A DNA stretch of 62,712 nucleotides, counting the filler, from Asterionella formosa (Eukaryota): assembly GCA_002256025.1 (NCBI GenBank). It is 8 parts of 8 records of this genome, joined end to end, with 100 filler letters (N's around TTAATTAATTAA, not from the genome) between each part and the next. Parts side by side here need not be neighbours in the genome. Positions count along the whole stretch, not along the records: positions 23,611 to 31,374 come from NKIB01012394.1; positions 31,475 to 39,220 come from NKIB01012395.1; 6 more parts are not named here. One strand, 5' to 3'. A model generated the notes under the pieces. It did not search any database. It saw only the letters and a list, made by a program, of their open reading frames with translations, and had not been told where the DNA came from. Numbering within the stretch: position 1 is the first letter of the stretch; each line of letters begins with the position of its first letter. The translations under genes and the position numbers were made by a program. Shown here in pieces: positions 24,026 through 35,952 of the stretch.

Positions 24026-24181
24026 TCAGTATATAGGATCTGGTCAGAAACTGCAGAAAGGAACTTCAGTTTTTTTACAATGCCAAATAAACAGATTTCC
24101 CCCGAATTTCCGAGTCTTTTTAGAATAGTTAAAAAAAACCAAGTTACATTCTGCAGTTTCTGACCAGATCCTATATACTGA
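24026..24181. mobile_element. MITE-like element, 156 bp, with perfect 33-bp terminal inverted repeats
   Basis: TCAGTATATAGGATCTGGTCAGAAACTGCAGAA (24026-24058) and its exact reverse complement (24149-24181); no clear TSD. Confidence 0.7.
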
Positions 24182-24794
24182 CAATATATGGAGTGGACCT
24201 ACACCCCTACTTTGTATGAAGACTGTATTTAAAAATGGAAAGGTTATGTATTGGTGAAAGCTCCGTTGAGCGTTATACATATTTATTTTGTATGTGAAAA
24301 GTATGTGTTTGATTATTCTGACTTTATATTATTTTTTCAACCCTACCTCGCTTTAGGGGTTCAAATGCAGGAACCTTAATACGGTACCTACCATAGATTT
24401 AAACATGATTACCGGATTACCAGTATGCCGGTATGTATAGATCGACGCGCCATAATAAAACATAGGTATCCAAATTGAGCGGCACCAACAAAATCCTGTA
24501 ATGAAAATCATTTGAGCGCACTTTTATCATGAAATGCAATTTCATCATCTAGTGAACTTTCCCTCTAAATACACGCATGGTACCAAACCGTAGACAAAGA
24601 AAGGCCAGTGCATCTGCAATTGCGTCGAGAGCTGACGACTGATCGACGGTTCCTCTCTTCATGGCCGAAGAATCCACGTCGGATGAATGAATGGATGGAT
24701 GAATAAATGAATGGATGACTGAATGGCAAGAATTTAACTGAACAATTTACATCATTGTAGCCTTTAAACAGAGCCCGCACTCATTCAAGTCACC

Positions 24795-26383
24795 ATGCCA
24801 AATCATCCGAACAGCGGCTACGGGAGCATCCCAACCGCCGAGCTTGACACAGAGCCAGAGCGAACGAGTCCTGAATCGAAGAAGCCGCCCTCCTTCGCCG
24901 CCGCTTTGGTGTCAGTCGTCCTCATCCTGGCCCTCGTGAGCGGCGGATTGTTCTACTTGCTGCCCACAGTGGACGTCCCAGAAGAGCTCGGGCCTCCTGA
25001 GAGTGAGATTCCCTTTTATTTCCAACAGCAGCTAGTTGATCACTTTGATACGCCGGGACTGTCGGGGGCAACCAATTCGTCCACATGGTCTCAGCGCTAT
25101 TATGTCAGCAGCCAATACTTTGCCGGCCCGGGGCATCCTATTTTTGTCATTATTGGTGGAGAAGGTGAACTGACCAGCATTTTGTACCCCTTCGTGTCGG
25201 AGCACTTGGCTAAACGCTTCGAGGCATACGTGCTTCAGCCAGAGCATCGCTTCTATGGAGCATCGCAGCCGCTAGGCTCTCAGAATCACAGCAATCATGA
25301 TCTTGTTGGATACCTCTCACCGGAACAAGCCATGGCAGATGTTATTCGGTTGGTCAAACACAAGCAAGAAGAATTACATTGCTCCCCCGATCGGTGGGCT
25401 GCCAGCTACTGTCCCGTCATTACTGTGGGAGGTTCGTATCCAGGATTCCTTTCGGCCATGCTACGACTTGTCTACCCGGACGTGGTGGACATTTCATACG
25501 CATCGTCAGCTCCATTGCACTTGTATGCCCAAGAGGTCAATGCGTCGGATTATTATGAATTCGTGACAGACGTGACTGAAGAAGCAGCGCCAGGATGTGC
25601 AGCTGCGACGAAAGCGGCACTTCTAGAGGTAGTCAACTACATCAACACAGACGACGCGCACTTTAAGGAAATGGCGGCGTTGATGGGAATATGTACCGAT
25701 ACTATTCCTGCCTACATTAAAACGAAGGATATGTTTCGTGAAGAGTTAATGATGGTGGTGAGCTCGTCCTATGCAGATTTCAATATGGGATACTATCCAC
25801 CCAAAGATGAGAAAACGCAGTTGATTATGGCATGTAAGGTGTTCCAAAACACCATGTCGACCATGTTTGAGAAAATGTCTGGAATTCTCGCCGTCATTGG
25901 AGGTGGTGACGACGACCAACAAACTGGGTCCGCAAAAACAAGTAATTGCTTTGATATGATGACCTTCATACCAGCTGGTCCTCGTGCCACAATTTCCTCG
26001 TCTGATTGGTCAGGAGCAGGTTCAGGGGATACTGCCAGAAGTTGGGAGTATCAGCTTTGCGCCGACTTGATTGTCCGAACAGGCTTTTCGGAAAAGAGTA
26101 TGTTCCCTCCTCGTGAGTGGACCTTGGAGTGGTTGACTGCACACTGCCATTATCGATTTGGCATTATTCCCCAGCCGTATCGACTTGTGAATTTGTGGGG
26201 CTTCAATGACTTGGTTAGCCATGGAGCATCACGCATTTTGTTTACGAATGGACTGCATGATGGTTGGTCCATATCGTCCATTACAACAAACTTATCTGAT
26301 ACGCTCGTGGCTATCAATTTCCCTAATGGTGCACACCATTCGGATCTTTCTCATGAAGGTCCAAATGAAAATGACACTGAGAC
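24795..26383 (+). CDS. Serine peptidase family S28 (prolylcarboxypeptidase/DPP7-like) with an N-terminal membrane anchor; 3' end falls in the gap
   Basis: QLVDHF, WSQRY, GGEG, EHRFYG, nucleophile GGSYPG, ASSAP, FTNGLHDGW, GAHHSDL. Confidence 0.92.
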
Positions 26384-27147
26384 NNNNNNNNNNNNNNNNN
26401 NNNNNNNNNNNNNNNNNNNNNNNNNNNNNNNNNNNNNNNNNNNNNNNNNNNNNNNNNNNNNNNNNNNNNNNNNNNNNNNNNNNNNNNNNNNNNNNNNNNN
26501 NNNNNNNNNNNNNNNNNNNNNNNNNNNNNNNNNNNNNNNNNNNNNNNNNNNNNNNNNNNNNNNNNNNNNNNNNNNNNNNNNNNNNNNNNNNNNNNNNNNN
26601 NNNNNNNNNNNNNNNNNNNNNNNNNNNNNNNNNNNNNNNNNNNNNNNNNNNNNNNNNNNNNNNNNNNNNNNNNNNNNNNNNNNNNNNNNNNNNNNNNNNN
26701 NNNNNNNNNNNNNNNNNNNNNNNNNNNNNNNNNNNNNNNNNNNNNNNNNNNNNNNNNNNNNNNNNNNNNNNNNNNNNNNNNNNNNNNNNNNNNNNNNNNN
26801 NNNNNNNNNNNNNNNNNNNNNNNNNNNNNNNNNNNNNNNNNNNNNNNNNNNNNNNNNNNNNNNNNNNNNNNNNNNNNNNNNNNNNNNNNNNNNNNNNNNN
26901 NNNNNNNNNNNNNNNNNNNNNNNNNNNNNNNNNNNNNNNNNNNNNNNNNNNNNNNNNNNNNNNNNNNNNNNNNNNNNNNNNNNNNNNNNNNNNNNNNNNN
27001 NNNNNNNNNNNNNNNNNNNNNNNNNNNNNNNNNNNNNNNNNNNNNNNNNNNNNNNNNNNNNNNNNNNNNNNNNNNNNNNNNNNNNNNNNNNNNNNNNNNN
27101 NNNNNNNNNNNNNNNNNNNNNNNNNNNNNNNNNNNNNNNNNNNNNNN
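26384..27147. other. Scaffold gap (764 N, no linker)
   Basis: Run of N without the TTAATTAATTAA spacer. Confidence 0.95.
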
Positions 27148-30100
27148 ACTACAACAACGCGACGAGCCACTGGTACTCCCATTTTGAATCCATTGCAACG
27201 ACAACGAGTGGCTCAATTTACATCTCAAGTACTTTCCATAAAACTGAATCCCATGGAACGATTCTTTGCATCCATCTTTCGATCGTCAGTTTTACAATTG
27301 TTAGACTCTCATCGATCCACAACAGCACGGACCAAGCTACTTCAACAAATGACTCATCGAGTGGGACTGACTCCTCCTTGTAAACTGGAACAACAGCAGC
27401 ATTACAAAGCACATGCAGCAGCATTGGCATCACTTGTTTTGGAAGAGGCACGATTTATTGTTGCCGAGGCCTTGTCAACACTTATGATGGTGGTGCAACC
27501 ATTGTCTGCAGCTGGGACTGTCACTACAATGAATCATGCCAAAAACAACAACAACAACAATACCAATACCAATAACAGCATTCAAGTCACATTGTCATCC
27601 ACCAAGGGAATAACTCCTCATGATGTTTTGTTTTTTCGAAAGGCCACTGATTTTACAATAATCGAATTACAATCCATACGACCAGGAACTGTATTTGTTA
27701 TTCAACGAGAGGCAAAGAAGAATTGTTACAATACTAATAGCATGCTATTAGGAACAATCGTGACAATGACGGAACAACGGTCCTTGGAGTTTGATTTGGA
27801 TATAACAATGAATACAGCCCTGAGATCCATATCCTTAATGATATACCAAGATCAAAAAGTTACCAGTGGAGACTATGTTATTACACCATTGACAACATTG
27901 CTTACCCAAGTACGACAGTTTGAAGCATGTACAATGGGTAATTACAGTGTACCATTCTTACCAGCATTGATGGGACAAAAGGGAGCAACACATACCAAAT
28001 TTGAACTATATGATGAATTCAAAGAAACACAGCAGGATAATGAAATGGAAAGTAAGGCCCAAGGCAATGATTTTTCAAGTTTTGATTCGGACGACGATGT
28101 CAAGATCAAACCAGAACCAAAATGTGATAGCAGTGCAAATGATGACGAAGATGACTCATCCATCAACAATTATGCATCATCGTCCACTCCAGTCTGCAAT
28201 ATTGGTGATGCCGTTGAAATCTTTTCTATACCAACTCTTGATGAGACTCAAGAAAAGGCATGTCTTGCGTTTTTGAATTCAAAGCCAGCATCCATTACAC
28301 TCGTACAAGGCCCGCCAGGAACAGGTTCGTATCGTCATGTATTGTGCTAAATGCAATGCTATGCTGTGCTGTGCTGTTGTGTGCCTGTCGAAGTGAAGTA
28401 TGCTTGTCAACGACTCACACTATATCGCATTGCAAATGGCTCTTGTCAGGAAAAACTACACTGCTTGTGTCAGTGATATGTCGGAACCTTTTACAATCAA
28501 AAGGAAAAAACAGACTCATGGTATGTGCTCCCACCAACAAGGCTGTGACTGTTTTGGCAACTAGATTTTTGATTGCGTCGAGAGGGACCCCGGAATTCAA
28601 TGCTGTCATGATTGGAGACAAGGAAAAATTATTGACAGAAGACCAAACATCCTCAGGCCTAAAGAGTATATTTGTCTACTCCTACATGGAAGTTATGGTG
28701 GACGAATGGACCAGCATCCGTCGCACATTGCAAAAACATTATATGGATGTGGGAGCCCTCATTACCACAGCCAATGGTCTGGTTGCCAAACTGGACCATC
28801 AGCTCCCAAACTTGATGTACAAAAATGATATTGCGACTATTACCAGTAACATTTTACAAAAGCTTGTGGAATTGTTTTCTTGTGGTCCGACAGTGCAGAT
28901 TGGAATGGCGATCAAAAGAGATCTCTGCGAAGCAATCAATACATTGATAAAGATGTTGAAAGGGATCAATGACAGAGACATAACTTCCGAATTGCTTTCA
29001 ACTGCCCATATTATCTTTTGTACCCTGGCAAGTGCTGGAGCTGTCATGGTGAAACAAACGGACCGAATACATGACTTGATTGTGGACGAAGCAGCAGCAG
29101 CTACTGAACCTGAATTATATATCCCATTTCATTTGAAGCCTCAGCGATTGTTGGCAGTAGGAGACCCGAAACAGTTACCAGCAACAGTCATGAGTCGATT
29201 TGCAGAAAAATGTGGCCTTAACAAGAGCTTACATGAACGACTCATGTACGATTGTCAATGGCCCTACATTATGCTTAATGTGCAGTACCGTATGCGGCCG
29301 CCCATTAGCGTCTTTCCTTCCACTACATTTTATCAAGGCGAGATTCAGAATGGCCCGAATGTGACAATGCCGAACTACATGACACCAATGTCACTTCTGA
29401 AGCAAGAAGCCTATAGATTTATACAAGTAAATGGCATTGAAAATCAAAATTGTATGGGGTCCTTTCAGAACCGTGATGAGGCGAAAGTTGTTGTGAACAT
29501 TTTACTGGAACTAAGTCATATGGCTCGAGTGCAAGGAAAAGGCCCAGCATGGAGTTTGGTCGATCGCATTCGCATCATTACGTTTTATCAAGCCCAAGTA
29601 ACCCTTATCAAAAGTATGCTTCGCGTTCATGGGTTGGAATCAGTTGTTGTTTCCACCGTTGATTCAAGTCAAGGGTGTGAAGCCGATGTCGTTATTGTTA
29701 CTTTTGTCCGCAGCGTTGCCAATGGTAAGATTGGCTTCTTGGCAGACAATCGTCGATTGAATGTCGCATTAACACGTGCCAAGTTTCAATTGATTTGTGT
29801 GGGCAATGTCAAGGGTATGATGGATCTGGATGAGGCCAAAACAATCCAATCTCTTGCCAACAATGCACATTCCCGGGGGTGTATATCGTCGTATTCAACA
29901 GTCCAACATTATGGGGAGAAGGCGAAGAAGAAGAAGAAGAGTATTACAAATACGAAGAATACTAGTCAGCCACAGTCACGTCAAGCCAATCATCATGGCC
30001 CTCCCAGCCATAATTGGAACCGTATGCAGAATGCCAGTGGTAGTGGTGGTCGTGGTGGTGGTGGTGGCCGCGGTGGTAGTGGTGGTCGTGGTGGTATCAA

Positions 30101-30215
30101 ACAACATAACTCTTCGCTAGGTGGATCCATGAATCGCAAAAGGCCATCATCCTCCCAGTCCCAAGATGGCAACGTTCACAAGAAGAAGCAAGTGAAACAC
30201 GGCTCAACCACCTAA
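27148..30215 (+). CDS. Superfamily 1 Upf1/Sen1-like helicase with an RGG-rich tail; intron 28325-28449; start falls in the gap
   Basis: Splicing GTTCGT...GTCAG (125 nt) restores Walker A QGPPGTGKT. Also CAPTNKAV, DEAAA, VGDPKQLP, QYRM, TVDSSQGCE and RRLNVALTRAK. Confidence 0.9.
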
Positions 30216-30446
30216 AACGAAAACTTTTACCTTTAAACAGCAAGTAGTATGATGACGGTGCAATATTGTATCTCTAAATAATACTCAGGAGAACGATGGC
30301 CAAAAAACCAAGGTAGACTAGCAAACGAATTCAAAAAATATCGTGGCGGCACCATTAATAGATGAAAATATATTCCTATTGTGTAACTGACGTAAACTAG
30401 TATTATACATTTGATGCTTGAATTCTGAGTTAATCCTTTATAATTA

Positions 30447-31361
30447 CTACTTGATACGGGTAACTAATACTTCAATCAATAAAGTAGCATCTGTCTTGAA
30501 CAAATTCTCAAATCTTCGTTTGCCATCGTTTGTTGTTGGAAGAGGCAATTGATTTGCCTTTTTCGCAGCAAACACCATAGTGGATGGAATTTCAATCCTT
30601 CGAAGGGCTCCCTTGTGCATCCCCATCATGCCCTCTTCTAGTCCAGGAAGGATGGCTCCAGTGCCCACCGTAAATGCCAATTCATTGAAATCAGTATCTT
30701 CCTTGGTGGTAAAGTATTTTAGACCACCTGGTTCCTTCGCTGTCCGAAATGATTTGCATCGAATAGACATTTCTACGGCCACCTTGGATCCTGGTTGTAC
30801 GACGGCAGCAGCATCGCCCTGTTGCCCTGCTCGGTACTCTCGATACAAGACTCCACTTGGAAGTTCTTCATAAGGAATGTTTTCCAAATCTGTGATGGGA
30901 TTATTATTGACATTATTCTTTGCTTCAATTTGTCTCAATCGAGTGGCGATTCCTGATGCATCCCCTTCGACTGGTAGTGTCTTTAGTACATTGGGATCAA
31001 TGCCGGCGTTGGCCATGGTTGGGAATAATGTGTTCATGCACATGATTGTTGTTGCTGCAGTTGTCATTTTGAGGACATGACGACGTCGATTCTCATCATG
31101 CGATGACGACGACTCTGTTGCTGACGCTGCCAATTCACTACCACTACCACTACCACTACCACCACCACCACCACTACCACTACCACTACTAATGATTGGA
31201 ATCGCTGCTTGCTTCTTCTTCATCTTCATCGTCATGTCACACCATCTCACTCCATAATGATAAGGAGCCATCATCCTAAAGCTTTCCGTAATGGTGTAAT
31301 GACTTGATGCCATCACCAAGAGGAAGAACAGAAGAGTCGTCCTATCATGCGCAGCGACCAT
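30447..31361 (-). CDS. FKBP-type peptidyl-prolyl isomerase, predicted thylakoid lumen
   Basis: FKBP-like core (ELPSGVLYRE..G, FTVGTGAILPGLEEGMMGMHKGALRRIEIP). Signal peptide ending TES-F, transit region, twin-arginine RRRHVL, hydrophobic stretch and ANA cleavage site. Confidence 0.82.
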   Translation of the reverse strand: MVAAHDRTTLLFFLLVMASSHYTITESFRMMAPYHYGVRWCDMTMKMKKKQAAIPIISSGSGSGGGGGSGSGSGSELAASATESSSSHDENRRRHVLKMTTAATTIMCMNTLFPTMANAGIDPNVLKTLPVEGDASGIATRLRQIEAKNNVNNNPITDLENIPYEELPSGVLYREYRAGQQGDAAAVVQPGSKVAVEMSIRCKSFRTAKEPGGLKYFTTKEDTDFNELAFTVGTGAILPGLEEGMMGMHKGALRRIEIPSTMVFAAKKANQLPLPTTNDGKRRFENLFKTDATLLIEVLVTRIK

Positions 31362-31541
31362 TTTAGTGTTTTTTNNNNNNNNNNNNNNNNNNNNNNNNNN
31401 NNNNNNNNNNNNNNNNNNTTAATTAATTAANNNNNNNNNNNNNNNNNNNNNNNNNNNNNNNNNNNNNNNNNNNNCCAAGTAGACTGAGTGAACCATTCCT
31501 CTGCTTCGATATCGTCGTCCAGACACTAACTAGTCATATGT

Positions 31542-32879
31542 ATGTACAGCACCATCATGGTCGTCGCACATATTCTGAGTCCAGCCTCGCTTCCCACAGC
31601 GCAACTATCTGTCCTATCCTACAACATCCTTCTCCCCAATAGCATTGACGCATGGTGGACGTACAAGATGTACTCTCCTCCTCTCTCTGCTGATCAACAA
31701 TACATATCCTCCTGGGAGTCTCGAAGAGAAAGGCTCAAAGATCGCATCCGCCTGATCAACGCAGACATAGTTTGTCTTCAAGAAGTGTCTCCCACTTCTT
31801 TTGCCGACGACTTTAGCTTTATGGAGTCGTTGGGGTACGACGAATGTGAATTATTCAAAAAAGGACGTTTTAGACCAGCCACCTTTTGGAAATCCACAAA
31901 ATGCCAGTTAACCACAGCGGCTGTGCACAAGGATCGAACCCTATTGACTACGTTTATGATCAAGGGCGATGATAGTGACTCTGCGCCGTGGCACGTCTTG
32001 AATTGCCATTTACAAGCAGGCAAACAAGGAAATAGGAGACTTCGTCAAATAGTCGAAGGGATCAAGGCTGTGGTGACATTGAGCAAAAAGCTCAAGTCGG
32101 ACCACCGGACTCCACGCTTAGTTGTATGTGGTGATTTCAATGGTGGACCAGAATGTGGAGCAGTTCGATTCCTAGAAGATGGGTTCGTGGACGATGTATT
32201 TCGGGAAGATGGCGATGCTGTGACGACTAGTAAGAAAACTTTGCCATTTGATACACCACTAGTAGATGTCGTGGCAAGTGTCAATCGTGAACCACCCCCA
32301 ACGCTGGTGGTACCAGAATTTATAAAATCCATGGTCAAAGATGATTTGGACAATCCAAAACTATCTGATGGCATGGTCGAACGATTGTCACGAATTTATG
32401 GGAAGTTTGCAACGAATAACGGCATCATGAATACACAGGACGTGGAAGCCTGGTTGATTGCAATTAATGGGAGAGTGGGACGAGGATCCGAGTTTAGAGA
32501 AGCTGCCACCCAAATGGGATTCGTGCATGTCCCTGTCTCATCCACGAACGAAGAACATTCATCCGATGACAATCTCAAATACTCTGTCCAGCTCCCACAA
32601 GACGGTGTTCTGACGTTGGATGGATTTCTCGCCATTTATCTTAAGGAACTAGAACATGGCAAGTTCTGGGGGATTGCGCATGATTTGGCCGTGTTGAACG
32701 AGCCATTACCAGATATTGGTACGTTCACAGCGCGATACGATCGCATGTATTTCAGTGTTGCGCTCGAGCCAATCGCCGTCTTGGATACCATATGTACGGA
32801 AGCGTGCCCAAATGAAGTCGAACCATCTGATCACCTTCCTGTTGCGGCATCATTTGTTCGAAGTAACATGGGCTTGTAG
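31542..32879 (+). CDS. Endonuclease/exonuclease/phosphatase (CCR4/nocturnin/Angel-like) protein
   Basis: SYNIL, CLQEV, NCHL, CGDFN, YDRMY, PSDHLP. The start could be ATG 31557. Confidence 0.88.
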   Translation: MYSTIMVVAHILSPASLPTAQLSVLSYNILLPNSIDAWWTYKMYSPPLSADQQYISSWESRRERLKDRIRLINADIVCLQEVSPTSFADDFSFMESLGYDECELFKKGRFRPATFWKSTKCQLTTAAVHKDRTLLTTFMIKGDDSDSAPWHVLNCHLQAGKQGNRRLRQIVEGIKAVVTLSKKLKSDHRTPRLVVCGDFNGGPECGAVRFLEDGFVDDVFREDGDAVTTSKKTLPFDTPLVDVVASVNREPPPTLVVPEFIKSMVKDDLDNPKLSDGMVERLSRIYGKFATNNGIMNTQDVEAWLIAINGRVGRGSEFREAATQMGFVHVPVSSTNEEHSSDDNLKYSVQLPQDGVLTLDGFLAIYLKELEHGKFWGIAHDLAVLNEPLPDIGTFTARYDRMYFSVALEPIAVLDTICTEACPNEVEPSDHLPVAASFVRSNMGL

Positions 32880-32911
32880 ATTTTAAAGAGAGCATACTAC
32901 AGACTTTGAAT

Positions 32912-34324
32912 TTACCGTTTCTTACTCGCAGCAGAAAAGAAGGAAGATATATTCCCTTTTCGCTTAGGTCTGTGTCGTTGTTGCCCACCATGACGAGCTT
33001 TGCTCGGTCCTAGTATCTCAGCTTCGATTAACGCGCGGATGTCATCGGGCAGTTCTGCTAAGACGGTGCGATCAATATCAGCAGGCGATACGGTATCCAG
33101 CATTCTAGGAGCAACACGCTTTGTCGCCATCCACTTGTCCATAAACACGCAAGGCCTCGACCTTGACCGGGGTAAATTGGCAGCAAATGCAATTCGAGCT
33201 TCGGACCTCATGGAATAAGGAAGCTGAGAAAGAAAGCTCAAGTCCATGCCTTTGCTATCCATATGAGGCGACCGAGGTGGAGATCGCGGTTGCATAGTTA
33301 GTTGTCCCAGCGGCTCAGAGGGTGATTCCTTCGATTTAATAGGGGTAACGAATCGTTCTCCTTGCATGATTGCTTCTTCAAGGACTGAATTTCCTTGATC
33401 AAGAAAAAAAATCTCGTTAGCTTCTTTTTCGATCTGCGGTGGCGTTTTCCTTTGTAGAAAGTTCTGATTTTGTGCTGTCGTTATTGTTCCCGTTTCTCCA
33501 CTACCGGTGTACTGATGTCGATTGTCGAAATCAGTCTCCAATTCTTCTCCCGAGAATATCTCCATTTCTAAGGCGTTGATATCTTGAAGCAAATCTTCAA
33601 TGTCAGCCTGCCGATGTGCGTCGTGGATGACGGAAGTGTGATGCTTGCTATGATTGTGGCTGGTGGCCCCTTGCACATAGAATTCAACCTCAAACAATTG
33701 TTCCGTCTCGCCAAGGATGGATTCCAGGCTTTCCAACAACTCTGTTCCAAATCTCACTGCATGTTTCAGAATTGCACAGCTTCGGGGAAGTACCCAAAGT
33801 GGTAAATCTAAATTTTTTGGTGTGTTGCGTATTCTCCTACTGGTAGTTTCAGACGGGTACTGCTGTGTCATCGGCAGTACGAGGAACGAAAGATTGGATA
33901 TCGTCGTCAAGTCGAATGAGATGTTTGATGTGTCCCTATCACAGGGCATCCCATTCGGCGACGTTATTCTATGCTCGCTGTACGACGTAGTTTTGGTATC
34001 CATGTTTTGCTTATACTGGGTACCATTGTCCATGTCTTCATCTCCAACTATGAGGTCCACAAGATTGTGAAAGCCATCTTTATGAAATAGCTTATCATCA
34101 AGCTCAGGCTGAAAACTCTCGTTAGACGATCTTATCCAGCTCCCTAGTCTTGCAAGTAAATCTTTCATCTTTCTAGCAAGGAAAGAGCTCCCATGTTCTC
34201 GTAGTAGGTCTCGCGTTGCAGCCATTTGTTCAACTCTGGCACCATCCAAAACCAAAAAGGAAATCTTCACAGAAAACAGATCGGGAAGATCATTGTCGCT
34301 CTCCTCTTCCCCTAGATTTACCAT
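32912..34324 (-). CDS. Hypothetical protein with two C-terminal UBM-like motifs and a PIP-like tail
   Basis: 470-aa ORF with DLSFLSQLPYSMR, DRTVLAELPDDIRALI and terminal KGNISSFF. Confidence 0.7.
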   Translation of the reverse strand: MVNLGEEESDNDLPDLFSVKISFLVLDGARVEQMAATRDLLREHGSSFLARKMKDLLARLGSWIRSSNESFQPELDDKLFHKDGFHNLVDLIVGDEDMDNGTQYKQNMDTKTTSYSEHRITSPNGMPCDRDTSNISFDLTTISNLSFLVLPMTQQYPSETTSRRIRNTPKNLDLPLWVLPRSCAILKHAVRFGTELLESLESILGETEQLFEVEFYVQGATSHNHSKHHTSVIHDAHRQADIEDLLQDINALEMEIFSGEELETDFDNRHQYTGSGETGTITTAQNQNFLQRKTPPQIEKEANEIFFLDQGNSVLEEAIMQGERFVTPIKSKESPSEPLGQLTMQPRSPPRSPHMDSKGMDLSFLSQLPYSMRSEARIAFAANLPRSRSRPCVFMDKWMATKRVAPRMLDTVSPADIDRTVLAELPDDIRALIEAEILGPSKARHGGQQRHRPKRKGNISSFFSAASKKR

Positions 34325-35236
34325 TCAACCACAGGATGTGACGCAGAAACTACTCCCAAACTCCGACAGATCAACAATGAACTGCTTGCTGAAAAGGAGG
34401 ACCAGACGACGAGCTGAATTGGAGAATAGAAATGCCACAGTCCCTATTACCTACAGATGATACCGGTATTTCATACGATACGACAGCAATGTAGTATCGG
34501 TTCATATGATGAAGTGCATGCAAATACGTTCTTCGCCAATTTTTGATCTCGAAGCGATACCGGTACTGGTAGCTGATTTATTTTACTACCGGTAGGATGC
34601 ATTGTATTATTATTATCGACTACGTAAATATGTTTCATGCCATTAGCCGAACTACCGGTTGTAATATTTGTACGTACCGGTACTCGGAATACGTCGGATC
34701 ACATCGCTTCATGTACCGCCAGTACGTACAGGTACCGGTAGAACCAGGGTACCGGTATCCTGGTACCACTCCGCCTACCGGTACCAGATACCACCATCAT
34801 TTCGGTCATCACTGGAAACGGTGGGGGCACGTCCGAGTACATAGTATTTTATACCCACGCCCCTTGAAACCCAGGCAGAGTGTGAGCGAGAAAATTTAGG
34901 AACATCAATTGTTCTCAGGTTGTTTGTACGTGGTAGACCGAATTTTTTGGCGCGCACATGAACTATAGGCTCGATTGTTGGCACTCTATTGCTATACTCT
35001 ACTGTACCTGCAGTACAATGCGCTTCTCTATAGCATGGTAATATGCAAGAAATATTAGCTTCGTCATCAGGACTTTTCCAAAGGGAGAAATCCGTCATTA
35101 AAGAAGATATTGGGTTGCGTTAAATTGAATCCGGCATGCCTCCTTAGTATGCAACATTATCGGTTTGAACTGGGAACAGCATGTATTCACTTCCAAATAC
35201 CCATTGAACTACCTGTACGAAAGGAGCTTAATGACC

Positions 35237-35952
35237 TCATCCTTGTTTCTTAAAATCCTTCATATTCATTGTCATGATTGGCTTTCCATACACTTTTAGG
35301 CTTCCAAGGGCAGTAACATCACCACCAGCATTGTCCTCAATAAAGAAAGTTAATGACTTGACTCTCTGAAATTTGACAAACTTCAGAACAACCGCATCTG
35401 CACTCTCTCTTAGCTCTGAAGCCGTCAACTCCAAAGTCTGGGTTGGGTCAACATCGCCACAGTCTTCAAAGCCAAGGTTTTCACGGTTCACGTATAGATG
35501 GATTTTGCTGGGATTTTCTTCGGGGTTGATGCCGTTGTTGAATTCAGTAAATTTAATTGAATGAACCTTTGTATCATGAATTAATAAAGGTGAGATGTTT
35601 TGTTTTGAACAACACGATTGGTCATTGTATATAATCTAACCCCGGAGCCGTCGAAATGCCATGGAGCAGCAAGGCCGCCGAGGTTGAAACAACACCCCTT
35701 TCATCCGAGAAATATTGACCTCACCTTCACGAACTCTTGAAAGGATATGTGAAGGATCAGTTGTTCATCAGCATCACTCTTGCACCCAAGGCGAGTATCG
35801 CCAATGAACAGGTTGGTCATCGGATATCCTGCTGCTTCATTGCGAGCATAGCATTCTGACATTTCAAACTTCATAGAAAGGTCAATCATTTTGCCGTCAT
35901 CTCCAGTAGGTGGAGCACCGACTCCAGCACCGTCTTGATACACAGATCCCAT
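35237..35952 (-). CDS. PITH-domain protein (185 aa); intron 35567-35724
   Basis: KSDADEQLILHISF|VHSIKF..NPSKIHLYVN..LGFED..LKFVKFQRVKSLTFFIEDN. A phase-0 GTGAG...AAG intron joins the two ORFs in frame. Confidence 0.88.

Noticed and set aside
24795..28350. 862-aa and 714-aa ORFs suggesting a peptidase-helicase fusion
   Set aside because: The ORFs only read through 764 Ns. The peptidase is nearly complete at its catalytic His before the gap, so two genes are more likely.
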